This document shows, one piece after another, positions 24,468-35,922 of a stretch of 49,660 nucleotides of DNA; position 1 is the first letter of the stretch; every line of letters begins with the position of its first letter. The stretch is from Octopus bimaculoides (taxonomy: Eukaryota). The stretch is from contig NC_069005.1 in assembly GCF_001194135.2 (NCBI RefSeq), forward strand, positions 5,009,324 to 5,058,983, given 5' to 3'. Both the position numbers and the translations under genes were made by a program. The notes beneath the pieces were generated by a model. The model made no database searches. It was not told the origin of the DNA and was given only the letters and a program-made list of their open reading frames with translations.

Positions 24468-24845
24468 AACACACACATATTCATACAGACATATGTACAC
24501 CTACACAACACACAAATACACAACCGTATGTACACACACAAGCACACACATATATATACACTCAAGTACACACGTTTATACACAGACATATATACACCTA
24601 CATACACACACACATGTACAATCATAGATACATGCACACACACGCACACACGTGTGCAATCATAGACGCACGCACACACGTGTGCAATCATAGACGCACG
24701 CACACACATACACGCCCTCAATATCTTACATAAACATATAGGCAAATACACACATGCACGCATATACAGTCATACCCCCACACACACACACGTGTATAAT
24801 CATAGAGGCGTGCACACAAATACACGCATGCGTGCCCATATATGT
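24230..24845. repeat. Long degenerate (CA)/(TA)-rich tract containing a 28-bp repeat
   Basis: gtgtgcaatcatagacgcacgcacacac twice at 24652-24707, plus diverged copies. Confidence 0.9.
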
Positions 24846-25079
24846 GTCTACTCCAGACAGATTTTAAGTGTTTTATTCTGTTAAGATGGCTAAAGATAAA
24901 AAAAACAAGCAAAATATATACAAATACAAAAAAATAAAAGATTAAAAAATAGAAGATAATAAAAAAAATGATAAAGTAAAAACACACTAAAAATACACGA
25001 GAGTAATTACTGAGGAAATTGCAGGTGAGAGGACTCAATTGTCTTAAACAAACTGACCACAAAGGTAAGCAGCAATACT

Positions 25080-25169
<90 letters not shown>

Positions 25170-25170
25170 G
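25080..25170. repeat. (TAA)n microsatellite
   Basis: Directly visible. Confidence 0.95.
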
Positions 25171-25172
25171 TA

Positions 25173-25345
25173 ATTGCACTACTGGGTACTGCACACATTC
25201 TACGCAAAACACTTTCAATACAGTAAACATAAGAGCACCACAGCAAACCACAGCACATACCCAAGGCGCACAGAGCTGCGCTCGGTAGTGAAGTGAAAGC
25301 ACGTTATAAAAATAAAACTACTGAACAATAATAATAATAATAATA
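25173..25345 (+). mobile_element. 3' end of an R4/Dong-like RLE LINE (ORF terminus, 3'UTR and (AAT)n tail)
   Basis: IALLGTAHILRKTLSIQ* at 25173-25226 is the typical terminal helix of RLE-type non-LTR ORFs. It is followed by about 100 bp of UTR and AAT repeats, and is embedded in (TAA)n. Confidence 0.85.
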
Positions 25346-25356
25346 ATAGTAATAAT

Positions 25357-25397
<41 letters not shown>

Positions 25398-25404
25398 GAA
25401 GTTG

Positions 25405-25802
25405 CTGGAAAATATAGGTGGGATTGGGTGATGAAAGGAACCCTAAAAAGAAACTGAGAGCAGTATACTGACAGCGCAGGACCCAGCTCTGGTCACGAAC
25501 TGGAGGAGGGTCAACCTTAGGAATGAGCAAGTGCCTCCGCCGTACCGCATCTGCAGTAGAGTGGATAAGACCGTTGCCCATATCACGGACGAATGCCCTA
25601 GACTTGCCCAAAACTACTACAAGATATGGCGACAAGACCAGGTAGCGAAAGTGCTACATTGGAAACTGTGCGAAAAGTGGGGGCTAGAGAGAGGCAAGAC
25701 GTATGTATGAGCACAAACCGCAGAGAGTGGCAGAGTCGGAGACTAGCAAAATCCTCTGTGCGAAAAGTGGGGGTTAGAGAGAGGCAAGATGTGTGTATGA
25801 GC
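25405..25802 (+). mobile_element. R4/Dong-like LINE fragment, zinc-knuckle region
   Basis: Frame from 25447: KETESSILTAQDPAL..YRICSRVDKTVAHITDECPRLAQNYYKIWRQDQVAKVLHWKLCEKWG; after a frameshift YEHKPQRVAESETSKIL (CCHC knuckle leading into RLE). Confidence 0.9.
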
Positions 25803-26001
25803 CCCTAAGGGCAACAGATGGGGAAGCTTTACCAAATCGCCCAAGTTCCTCTTTTGTTTATCTATATAACGATAACAAACGTTCAATATATAACTTTGTG
25901 TAACAATATAAATAACAACAAAACTAACGGGAGCTATGTGCAATACGCGTCTATAGACCAACAACAACGACGGCGACGACGACGACGACGATGATGACGA
26001 T

Positions 26002-26033
<32 letters not shown>

Positions 26034-26518
26034 TAATAGTAATAATGATAATAATAATGTACACTTATATTTCGAAACCGAAGATTACAAAAAAACGAAA
26101 AGTGTTTTAAGCTCGGAGGCATCATCAAGTGAAAACATGGCTGCCGGCTACAAAATATCGTTTTAATATTTTAATAGAAGATAAATAAATAGACTTTATA
26201 ATTAAACCTTTACATAGTTTTCTGTCCCTACTTGCTTCCAAACGATAATGTGCGGCATTGTTGTTTTATATTGTTGCTTTTGTAGTGTTTATTTTTGCGT
26301 GCGTGTGTGTGTCTGTTTGCGTGTGTGTGTGTGTGTATTACGGGTATCTTTTCGTTGTTTCTTTCTCGATATTTCTATTTTGGACAAATATTTTTCGCAC
26401 AATAACTTCCATAGTTTATATCGGTTTTGACTGGCAGCAATTTTAAATCATATTTATAAAGCTGCTATTGATGATATAATAGTAACCGTTATACAGCGGA
26501 AAGACACCTCCAAATACA

Positions 26519-26587
<69 letters not shown>

Positions 26588-26590
26588 ATA

Positions 26591-27020
26591 GGTGCAGGCC
26601 TGGCTGTGTAGTAAGAAGCTTGCTTCCAAAGCTTATGGTTCCGGGTTCTGATCCACTGCGTAGCACCGTAGACACAGCGTTTTCTACAATAGCCTCGAGC
26701 CGACCAAAGCTTTTTGAGTGGATTTGGTGGATGGAAACTGAAAGAAGCCTGTCATATGTATGTGTATATATGTGTGTGTGTCTGTGTGTGTGAATGCATG
26801 TGTGTGTATCCTTGTGTCTGTGTTTGTTCCCCCTAACACTGTTTGACAACCCGTGTTGGTGTGTTTACGTCGCTGTAATCGAACTGCTCGGCAAAAGACA
26901 CCTATAGAATAAGTACTAAGCTAAAAAAAAGTAAGTGCTGGGGTCTATTTTGTTTGACTCAAAACCCACAAGGTGGTGCTACTGCTTCACCGCAGTCATA
27001 TGATTGAAACAAGTAAAAGA
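26591..27020 (+). mobile_element. SINE family A, full length, well preserved
   Basis: ggtgcaggcctggctgtgtagtaagaagcttgcttcc..ccgggttctgatcc; internal (TG)-rich linker at 26757-26820; tail ends gaaacaagtaaaaga. Confidence 0.92.
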
Positions 27021-27077
27021 TTTATATAAATAATCCATTTCTAAATCTCTCAGAGAGAATTATGCAGCGGTGATACG

Positions 27078-27460
27078 ATAGAGTAGTCGTATGCTGTCAA
27101 CTTAATGTGACAGTCCCCACTGCATAAACCTTTCTGACAGATTTAGAAATGCATTACTTCTATTTTTGAAATCTCTGAATGCATTTCACTAGAATAATTA
27201 TATGTTTACGAGAGCTAGATAGGCATCTCCAACTAGCAAGCCATGCTACTTCAGACTGAAGACGAGCAAAGACTCAGAAACTAGTCTCTGGATGCAGGCT
27301 TAGCTGGGTGGAGGTGCTTGTCTCCTCCTTGTAAATATAAGGACGCAGGTAATGTGTGAAGCCTGATTTGAAGCGGTGCTGCTAGCTAGGGCTAAATAGC
27401 AGTAGTTTTATTCCCTTCATGGGACTGTCACATTAAGTTGACAGCATAAAACTACTTTAT
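27078..27460 (+). mobile_element. Hammerhead-bearing element (family H3) with 40-bp terminal inverted repeats
   Basis: 27078-27117 and 27421-27460 are reverse complements at 37/40; internal hammerhead; right end runs into (TA)n. Confidence 0.85.
27221..27319 (+). ncRNA. Full-length type I hammerhead ribozyme (Schistosoma-like architecture)
   Basis: UUCAGA-CUGAAGA-C-GAG caaaga CUC-A-GAAAC ua GUC|UCUGGA. 6-bp stem I, then a UAC/U internal loop and a long extended stem (27221-27246 with 27294-27319). Predicted cleavage after 27286. Confidence 0.85.
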
Positions 27461-28074
27461 ATATATANNNNNNNNNNNNNNNNNNNNNNNNNNNNNNNNN
27501 NNNNNNNNNNNNNNNNNNNNNNNNNNNNNNNNNNNNNNNNNNNNNNNNNNNNNNNNNNNNNNNNNNNNNNNNNNNNNNNNNNNNNNNNNNNNNNNNNNNN
27601 NNNNNNNNNNNNNNNNNNNNNNNNNNNNNNNNNNNNNNNNNNNNNNNNNNNNNNNNNNNNNNNNNNNNNNNNNNNNNNNNNNNNNNNNNNNNNNNNNNNN
27701 NNNNNNNNNNNNNNNNNNNNNNNNNNNNNNNNNNNNNNNNNNNNNNNNNNNNNNNNNNNNNNNNNNNNNNNNNNNNNNNNNNNNNNNNNNNNNNNNNNNN
27801 NNNNNNNNNNNNNNNNNNNNNNNNNNNNNNNNNNNNNNNNNNNNNNNNNNNNNNNNNNNNNNNNNNNNNNNNNNNNNNNNNNNNNNNNNNNNNNNNNNNN
27901 NNNNNNNNNNNNNNNNNNNNNNNNNNNNNNNNNNNNNNNNNNNNNNNNNNNNNNNNNNNNNNNNNNNNNNNNNNNNNNNNNNNNNNNNNNNNNNNNNNNN
28001 NNNNNNNNNNNNNNNNNNNNNNNNNNNNNNATCATTTCTTGTAGTGAAACCTTTTATAATACAGATTTCTGTTT

Positions 28075-28097
28075 TAACGGGGAGGGAGGGAGGGAGT

Positions 28098-28132
<35 letters not shown>

Positions 28133-28765
28133 AGAAGAAGAAGAAGAAGAAGAACAACAACAACAACAACAACAACAACAGCAACAACAACAACAACTAC
28201 TACAACAACAACAACAACAGCTACAACAACAATTAGAAGAAGAAGAAGAAGAAGAAGAAGAAGAAGAAGACATGAAAAGCAACACCAATTGCATCATGAA
28301 TATCAACAACAACAATATTAACAAACATCATACAACAATGTCGAATTTGAACAACTACAACAACGACAATCACAATAACAACAACATCAGCCATAAATTT
28401 CAAATTCATTCCCTTCCCTCAACAAAGATAATATTTTCATATATTTGTGCTCGAGTGGGAAATGTCCCTTCTTTATTTCTCAATTCCTTTTTTCTTCGTT
28501 ATATCCAAATGCATCTACTGTGGACCCTATCATGCTTCTCTTGTCGTTTACTAGTACTACTACTACTACTTCTACTACCGCTTCTCTTCCTCCCTCTCTC
28601 CTCTTCTCTTCCACTTCCTCTTCCTCCTCTTTTTCTTCCTCCCTCTCTTCCTCTCCCTCTTCCTCCACTTCCTGTACTTCTTCCTCTTTCATCCCTTCTA
28701 CTTCTTTTTCCCCTCCTCTTCCTCTTCTTCTTACTACTACTTCTGCTGCTCCCTCTCCTTCTCCA

Positions 28766-28808
<43 letters not shown>

Positions 28809-28896
28809 TTACTGCTGCTGCTGCTGTTACCACTGCCACTACCACCACCATCACCACTACATTTTCCATTACTACTAATACTATGATTTCCTTAGT

Positions 28897-28937
<41 letters not shown>

Positions 28938-29135
28938 GCTACTACAACTATTAAACATCATAATCACCATCATCATCACTACCTCTATCACCACCACCAC
29001 CACCACCACAACTGCCACCACCATTACAACTACCACTACTACCACCACATCACTACTACTACAACTCTTTACATGGATTCTCATCCATTATTTTTTCTCC
29101 TCGGCTTCTCCACTTTTTCTCTTTCTTCTTCTNNN
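28075..29135. repeat. Mosaic of trinucleotide microsatellites (GAA, CAA, CTA, CTT, CCA)
   Basis: Directly visible; generates polyE/Q/L/T/Y ORFs. Confidence 0.9.
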
Positions 29136-29359
29136 NNNNNNNNNNNNNNNNNNNNNNNNNNNNNNNNNNNNNNNNNNNNNNNNNNNNNNNNNNNNNNNNN
29201 NNNNNNNNNNNNNNNNNNNNNNNNNNNNNNNNNNNNNNNNNNNNNNNNNNNNNNNNNNNNNNNNNNNNNNNNNNNNNNNNNNNNNNNNNNNNNNNNNNNN
29301 NNNNNNNNNNNNNNNNNNNNNNNNNNNNNNNNNNNNNNNNNNNNNNNNNNNNNNNNNCT

Positions 29360-29444
29360 TATTCGTCTTCTTCTTCCCCCTCCGCCTCCTTCTTCTTCTT
29401 CAACTGCTGCTGTTACTACTACTACTACTACTACTACAACAACA

Positions 29445-29477
<33 letters not shown>

Positions 29478-29645
29478 GCTACTACTAATTCTCCTTATTT
29501 TTCTTCTTTTCTACTAACTCTTCTTTATTTAGTTTTTCATCTACTTCTACTTTTTTTCCTAATTCTTCTTCTTGTCCCGACCCCACCTTCTCCACCACCA
29601 CCACCACCACTACTACAACTACTACTACTACTACTTCTACTCCTC
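29360..29645. repeat. (CTA)n/(CTT)n/(CCA)n low-complexity tract
   Basis: Directly visible. Confidence 0.9.
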
Positions 29646-31194
29646 GGTAGTTAAAAACCTTTAGGGGGTAAAAAAAAATATACCACAAAACTGTAGTTGG
29701 AGATACGTCGATCAGTCATACTTATATCTAAATATACCCGACAATAAAGCAACAATAACAACTATAATAAAAAAAAAAGCAAAAATAAAAAAAATTAAAA
29801 TAAAAACAAATAATTTAACGAAAATAAACCTTTCAAGGAAAATGGCTACAACAATAACAACAAAAACAATGACAACAACAGCAACAGAAACAACAGCCGT
29901 GGCAACAAAAAAGACGAGAAATTCTAAGAAATACAGGAACGGAATAAAGTTAGAATATACAAACATAACACTAACCAGAAAAAAACAACAGTAATAACAA
30001 CGACAACAACATTCTCAGATGAATATTCGATACAACGTTGATGAGAATGCAGTTACGCATTGGTAGATGTATGCACACAGACGCACACACAGACTCACAA
30101 AAACGAACACATACACACACACACACACATTATAGACAGATAGATAGATAGACAGATAAAACATATATATAAATGTGTATATATATATATATATATATAT
30201 ATNNNNNNNNNNNNNNNNNNNNNNNNNNNNNNNNNNNNNNNNNNNNNNNNNNNNNNNNNNNNNNNNNNNNNNNNNNNNNNNNNNNNNNNNNNNNNNNNNN
30301 NNNNNNNNNNNNNNNNNNNNNNNNNNNNNNNNNNNNNNNNNNNNNNNNNNNNNNNNNNNNNNNNNNNNNNNNNNNNNNNNNNNNNNNNNNNNNNNNNNNN
30401 NNNNNNNNNNNNNNNNNNNNNNNNNNNNNNNNNNNNNNNNNNNNNNNNNNNNNNNNNNNNNNNNNNNNNNNNNNNNNNNNNNNNNNNNNNNNNNNNNNNN
30501 NNNNNNNNNNNNNNNNNNNNNNNNNNNNNNNNNNNNNNNNNNNNNNNNNNNNNNNNNNNNNNNNNNNNNNNNNNNNNNNNNNNNNNTATATATATATATA
30601 TATATATATATCTGAGCAAGAGACATTAATCTTAATGGAAAACTCGTGTTATATACATTTATTTAACAAAGTTGAAATACAATGAAATACAAAATAACCA
30701 GAAAACCCCAACACATTCACACATCCGCATACACACACACACAGACACACACCCACACACACATACACACACGGACTTACTCACACACAAAAACGTATAC
30801 GCGCACACATCCACGTAGAAAACAAAAACAAAACCGAACCGAATCGAACCATACTTAAACGAAGCGAACCAAGGAGAAATCAAATTAAAACTAGAGGGAA
30901 GGGTGAAGCGGTAGGGCGAGGAAGAACCAGAAGAAAACATGGCTGAAAAGGCAACTAAAATTTATGACTAGGGCGTACACGATAAACATAGGATAACAAT
31001 TAAATTCTATGCATGAGAATCGTATCAACTACATGTCTTGTAGTCGATTCATTGGGAATTTGCAAGTGTATATAAAAAGTTAATGTTTTCTCGCAATCCA
31101 AAACGTCTTCAGAATTTTGTAGACGTCGACAAGAGACAAATGAAGGGAAATGGAAGAACACAAGACTTCAGGTTTGAATAACAAAGCCATTATC

Positions 31195-31199
31195 GTTAG

Positions 31200-31284
<85 letters not shown>

Positions 31285-31495
31285 GCTTGGAAATACTTGC
31301 CAAATTTTCTACTGCTCATGTCTTTCTGAGAGATGCATTCAGCCGAGTCATCGCTGTTGTTGCTGCCGTCGGCGTTGCCTTGTTGCTGTTGCTGTTGGCG
31401 ACGGAGGGGTTGATGCGATGCTGGTGGTGGTGGTGGTGGTGGTGCTGCTGCTGCTGCTGCTGCTGTTGGTGCTGCTGGTGGTGAGGCGGTGGCGG
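31195..31495. repeat. (ATC)n(ATT)n and (GGT)n(GCT)n microsatellites
   Basis: Directly visible. Confidence 0.9.
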
Positions 31496-31539
31496 AGACG
31501 ATTTTAAAGCTACTGTTTTTTCTCTTTCGCGATTCTGTT

Positions 31540-31790
31540 GTTTCAGTTGCTGAGGCCCATATCAGTGAAGATCTAATAGACCTTTTGTCAAAGACACTCC
31601 ATGGGCTTACCCACCACGTCTTATTCAGTCACACAGTATCTAGATCTACATCATCCAATGTGTATTGTCTTTAAATCGTTTTAGTGAGATTTGAGGTAGA
31701 TCTAACTGCTAGTTTTAGCAGATTGTTCGACAGTATAGAGGCTGCGTCGCTGACAGGTTGTAGTATTATCGACGATGTTATTTAACCCCA
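31540..31790 (-). mobile_element. Old SINE-like repeat (family E)
   Basis: Minus strand ..agatctacctcaaatctcac..acacattggatgatgtag..ggagtgtctttgacaaaaggtctattagatc..gggcc; partial similarity to 12940-13200. Confidence 0.4.
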
Positions 31791-32140
31791 AATAAAATTA
31801 GGCTTAACACTCTCCTGTTATTGTTGGGGCATTCTCTTTCGTGTCCGCTGATGAAGGCACCACACCACCTCGTCTACTTTGGCTGTTAGAAGTACAAGCA
31901 CTTCTTTCTAGGATATATTCGATTAACGAAATAGAAGTACGGCGATTATATTTTCTAATGTCTTTTTGTATTAGTTATTAATATTTTTTATATTATTGAT
32001 CTCAATATAAAATAGATTCTCACCAAGATCAATATAATAATGCAAATAAATAAAAGATATTTTCCCTAATATAACATATTCGTTATATTCATGAGATATT
32101 TATTTCTATTACAAATAATTATGTATCAATAAAAAATATA

Positions 32141-32200
32141 TATGAGGCACGGTTGAAAAGTTCATCGGCTGACCAAGATACTTTCAAGTAATGTGACCAA
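32141..32200. mobile_element. Solo mariner terminus (TA plus TIR)
   Basis: tatgaggcacggttgaaaagttcatcggctgaccaagatact resembles the reverse complement of 1932-1973; interrupted by a SINE at 32201. Confidence 0.75.
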
Positions 32201-32289
32201 TGTGGAATTTGAACTGAGAACCTAAAGACAGACGAAATACCGATAAGCATTTCGCCCGGAATGCTAACGGTTCTGCCAGCTCGCCGCCT
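32201..32289 (-). mobile_element. SINE family B head
   Basis: ggaatttgaactgagaac..gacgaaataccg.taagcatttcgcccgg..gctaacggttctgccagctcgccgcc. Confidence 0.9.
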
Positions 32290-32723
32290 ATTTAATAATA
32301 ATAATAATTTCCAATATACTAAAATTTGTTAAGACAATTCTAAAAATGCCAAGTGACGTATTACTAATTCTGTCGGTAGTATACATGAATAAAATGAATT
32401 AAATATTGAAGATAATTCGATATATATCAATGATAATTTGATTAAATTTGAATTAGGTACATGGTTCTCTTCGCCAGTGGAACTTTAATTGATAAACTTA
32501 TAAATTTATCGTACGTGTAACATTTAAAATTATACCGGTCAAATTCAATTTTTAATGCAATAAAAATATTTCAGTTAAAGTATTAGTTCTTATTAAATAT
32601 TCAAATAGAATGTAAAAAAAACGCTAAATATAAAAGCTGCTTTAACCATTTCTAAGATACGCTTAAATTTATTCGAAATGAATTTGTTAAAAGTAAAAAT
32701 ATGTCCGCCATGATGTTGATCCA

Positions 32724-32929
32724 TTCTACTAAAGGCACAAGGTTAGCAATTTCTGAGAAGAATATAAGACGATTACATCGACCCAGTGTACAACTAGTAC
32801 TTATTTTATCGATATCGAAAGGATGAAATGCAAAGTCGACCTCGTGGGAATTTGAAATCGGAACCTAAAGCCAGACGAAATACTGCTAAGTATTTCGCCA
32901 GGCGTGCTAACGATTCTGCCAGCTCGCCT
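32724..32929 (-). mobile_element. SINE family B
   Basis: Full head and body. Confidence 0.9.
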
Positions 32930-32939
32930 ACTTAATCGT

Positions 32940-32962
32940 AATAATAATAATAATAATAATAA

Positions 32963-33015
<53 letters not shown>
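32940..33015. repeat. (TAA)n(TAG)n microsatellite
   Basis: Directly visible. Confidence 0.95.
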
Positions 33016-33852
33016 AACCTTTTCTGTCGAAAACCCGGTTGCTCAACTATCTCGTCCCGGATTCCGTTAACAGATGAGGCACAAAATTTAACTGCGATGA
33101 ATATTTTTATCTTTTAACAAGATATATATATATATATATATATAGTTGAAAGATTTCGTTATAGGTATAAATATGGTATATTTGTNNNNNNNNNNNNNNN
33201 NNNNNNNNNNNNNNNNNNNNNNNNNNNNNNNNNNNNNNNNNNNNNNNNNNNNNNNNNNNNNNNNNNNNNNNNNNNNNNNNNNNNNNNNNNNNNNNNNNNN
33301 NNNNNNNNNNNNNNNNNNNNNNNNNNNNNNNNNNNNNNNNNNNNNNNNNNNNNNNNNNNNNNNNNNNNNNNNNNNNNNNNNNNNNNNNNNNNNNNNNNNN
33401 NNNNNNNNNNNNNNNNNNNNNNNNNNNNNNNNNNATATATACGCAGCAATTATCTGTAGTAAAGGATTGTGTGACAAATATAGACGATGCCATCGCCGCC
33501 AACACGAGAGATGAAGAGAAATTAAATAGTTTAGAAAATAATATCTGATCGGTAAAAAGATTGTTTAAAAAAAAAACACGTGGCAGTAATTGCTGTATTC
33601 TTTCCTCAAGTTCATTTTCTTGCTTATGCTATTAGAGCTTCTGACAAAAGATAATCCGGATTAATTACCGTTACGAAATATCTTTCAACTTTTGTTGGTT
33701 TCAGCCATTACACTGCCACCATAGTTTTCAACTGCCACCATGGTTTTCAAATTTTATTAACTGTAGAGAAAGTGTGAAATACTCCGTTTTGGAATAGTGA
33801 ATCATGAAGCAAATATGTAAAGCTATATTTAATTTCTGTTATTTACTGCCTT

Positions 33853-34072
33853 AAGGCAGCATGCTAGCGGAATCCTTAGTTAAACCTCCGGGCGAAACGC
33901 TTAGTGGTATTTCGTCTGTTTTTACGTTTTGAGCTGAAATTCCGTCGATGCCGATTTTAGCTTTAATCCTTTCAGAGGTCGATAAAATAAGTACTAGTCG
34001 AGCACTGAAGTCGATGTAATCGACTTACCCTTTCCCCTAAAATTGCTGGCATCGTGTCAAAATTTGAAACCA
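33853..34072 (+). mobile_element. SINE family B
   Basis: aaggcagc..gggcgaaacgcttagtggtatttcgtctg..ctttaatcctttcagaggtcgataaaataagtact. Confidence 0.85.
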
Positions 34073-34086
34073 TTCTTTACTGCTTC

Positions 34087-34190
34087 CAGGTGGTGAGCTG
34101 GCAGAATCTTCCGTTAGCATGATAGGAAAATCGCTTAGCGGTTTTTCGTCCGTCTTTACATTCTGAGTTCAAATTTCACCGAGGCTGATG
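34087..34190 (+). mobile_element. SINE family B head
   Basis: aggtggtgagctggcagaatc..gttagc..ctgagttcaaatttcaccgagg. Confidence 0.85.
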
Positions 34191-34203
34191 TTACCAATAA
34201 TGC

Positions 34204-34263
34204 AGTGTGACTGAACCCAGAACCATATGGCTGGAAAGCAAGCGTCTTACCCCACAGCCACTG
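34204..34263 (-). mobile_element. SINE family A head fragment
   Basis: gactgaacccagaaccatatggctggaaagcaagcgtcttaccccacagccac. Confidence 0.85.
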
Positions 34264-34273
34264 NNNNNNNNNN

Positions 34274-34316
<43 letters not shown>

Positions 34317-34348
34317 GTATGTATATGTATATATAAAGAGAGAGAAAA

Positions 34349-34397
<49 letters not shown>

Positions 34398-34693
34398 GAA
34401 TTAATCAGTCACGTTTGCGGTAGACATAAAACCAAAACCAAATCTCATGATAATCCCAGCTGCTGACAAATTCTGTTCGCTGAGTTTAAACACATGGAGT
34501 ATTTTCGAAAGTAGAATTACCATGTTTTATATTCTTGCATAACTGCAGAGGAATTTTGCATTGTTAACGATTATCTGTGGCACAGGAAGAAAGACAAATC
34601 TTAGACACAAGAACACAAGAAAGAAAATTAAAGAATTACAGAATGTTGCTAAAAGTATAAAAAAATAAAAAGTAAAAAAAATATACAATAAAT

Positions 34694-35040
34694 GTGTGGC
34701 TGTGCGATAAAAAAAGTTCGCTTCGGAATCTTATTGTTCCAGGTTCAGTCCCACTAAACGGCATCTTCGGCAAGTGTCTTCTACAATAGATTCAGCCGAG
34801 CAAAATTGTGAATGCATTTGATAGACGGAAACTGAGAGAAGCTCGTCATGTGTGTGTGTGTGTTTCTCCCCAAACACCGCTCGGCAACAGGTGTTGGTGT
34901 GTTTACGTCCCCATAACCTAGTGGGTCGGCAAAAGAGGCCATGCTTAATGAATATTTGGATTCATTCTTTCGACTAAAATACTTAAAGATTGTACTCCAG
35001 CATGGCCGCAGTCTAAATGACTGAAACAATTAAAGATAAA
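34694..35040 (+). mobile_element. SINE family A
   Basis: Head, short (GT)n linker, tail ending ctccagcatggccgcagtctaaatgactgaaac. Confidence 0.88.
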
Positions 35041-35190
35041 CAATACAAAAAAATGAAGTGATAGTCATTTGGTTTCTATGGAAACAGAATAAAGAATGGA
35101 AGAAAAGTTTGTTATTCGGAGAACGTTGCATAGAAAAATTGTGACCTTGATTCTAAATAAGAAATCGAAGTTTTCAATATTTCTTTTTGG

Positions 35191-35323
35191 AAGGCGGCGA
35201 GCTGGCAGAATCGTTAGCACGTCGCGCGAAATGCTACGTGGTATTTCGTCTGGCCTTACGTTCTGAGTTCAAATTCCGCCGAGGTCGACCATGCCTTTCC
35301 TCCTTTCGGGGTCGATAAATTAA
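35191..35323 (+). mobile_element. SINE family B, 3'-truncated
   Basis: aaggcggcgagctggcagaatcgttagcac..gagttcaaattccgccgaggtcgac..cctttcggggtcgataaatt. Confidence 0.9.
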
Positions 35324-35835
35324 ACATCAATAACTGGGCATTTTTGTGTGTATGTATGTGTGTATGTATGTATGTATGTGTGTATGTATGTGTGCAGAAT
35401 TGTATGTTTTGTTTCATGTATGTCTTTTCATGCATATTCTTACATGTCTAAACATGTTCATATATACTTAAATGCTTATCTTCTGGAAAGTTCTACAGAT
35501 TTTTACAGTTTCAGTAAAGGATTGGATCTGTAGTCACCGAATCAGCTTTCTCCTTTCTCGTTTTGAGAAGCCTCATTTCACAAGACTGGTATTTAGGCAG
35601 TGTGTTATATATCTCATTGCCCCAATAATTACAAGTTTAGACCTGAATTTATAATCTGGATAGAATAACTGCAGATTTATCAATAGTCCAGCGTAGGTAT
35701 TCTCTTGTTCACTGATCTTCAGCTTTAAGTTAACATCCACCGGACAGCTAATTTCCCCAACTGTGCACAGTTTCTCTTCTCTATTCCAAATCCTTATCAG
35801 GTCTGTGTGTGTATATATTTATGTAGTATGTACCT

Positions 35836-35919
<84 letters not shown>

Positions 35920-35922
<3 letters not shown>

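Noticed and set aside
28044-28886. 280-aa ORF with polyE/polyQ/polyL
   Set aside because: Made of GAA, CAA and CTA microsatellites; no domain; the overlapping frames are equally low-complexity.
31489-31674. ORF or exon VAEAHISEDLIDLLSKTLHG
   Set aside because: Appears to be the antisense strand of an old SINE-like repeat.
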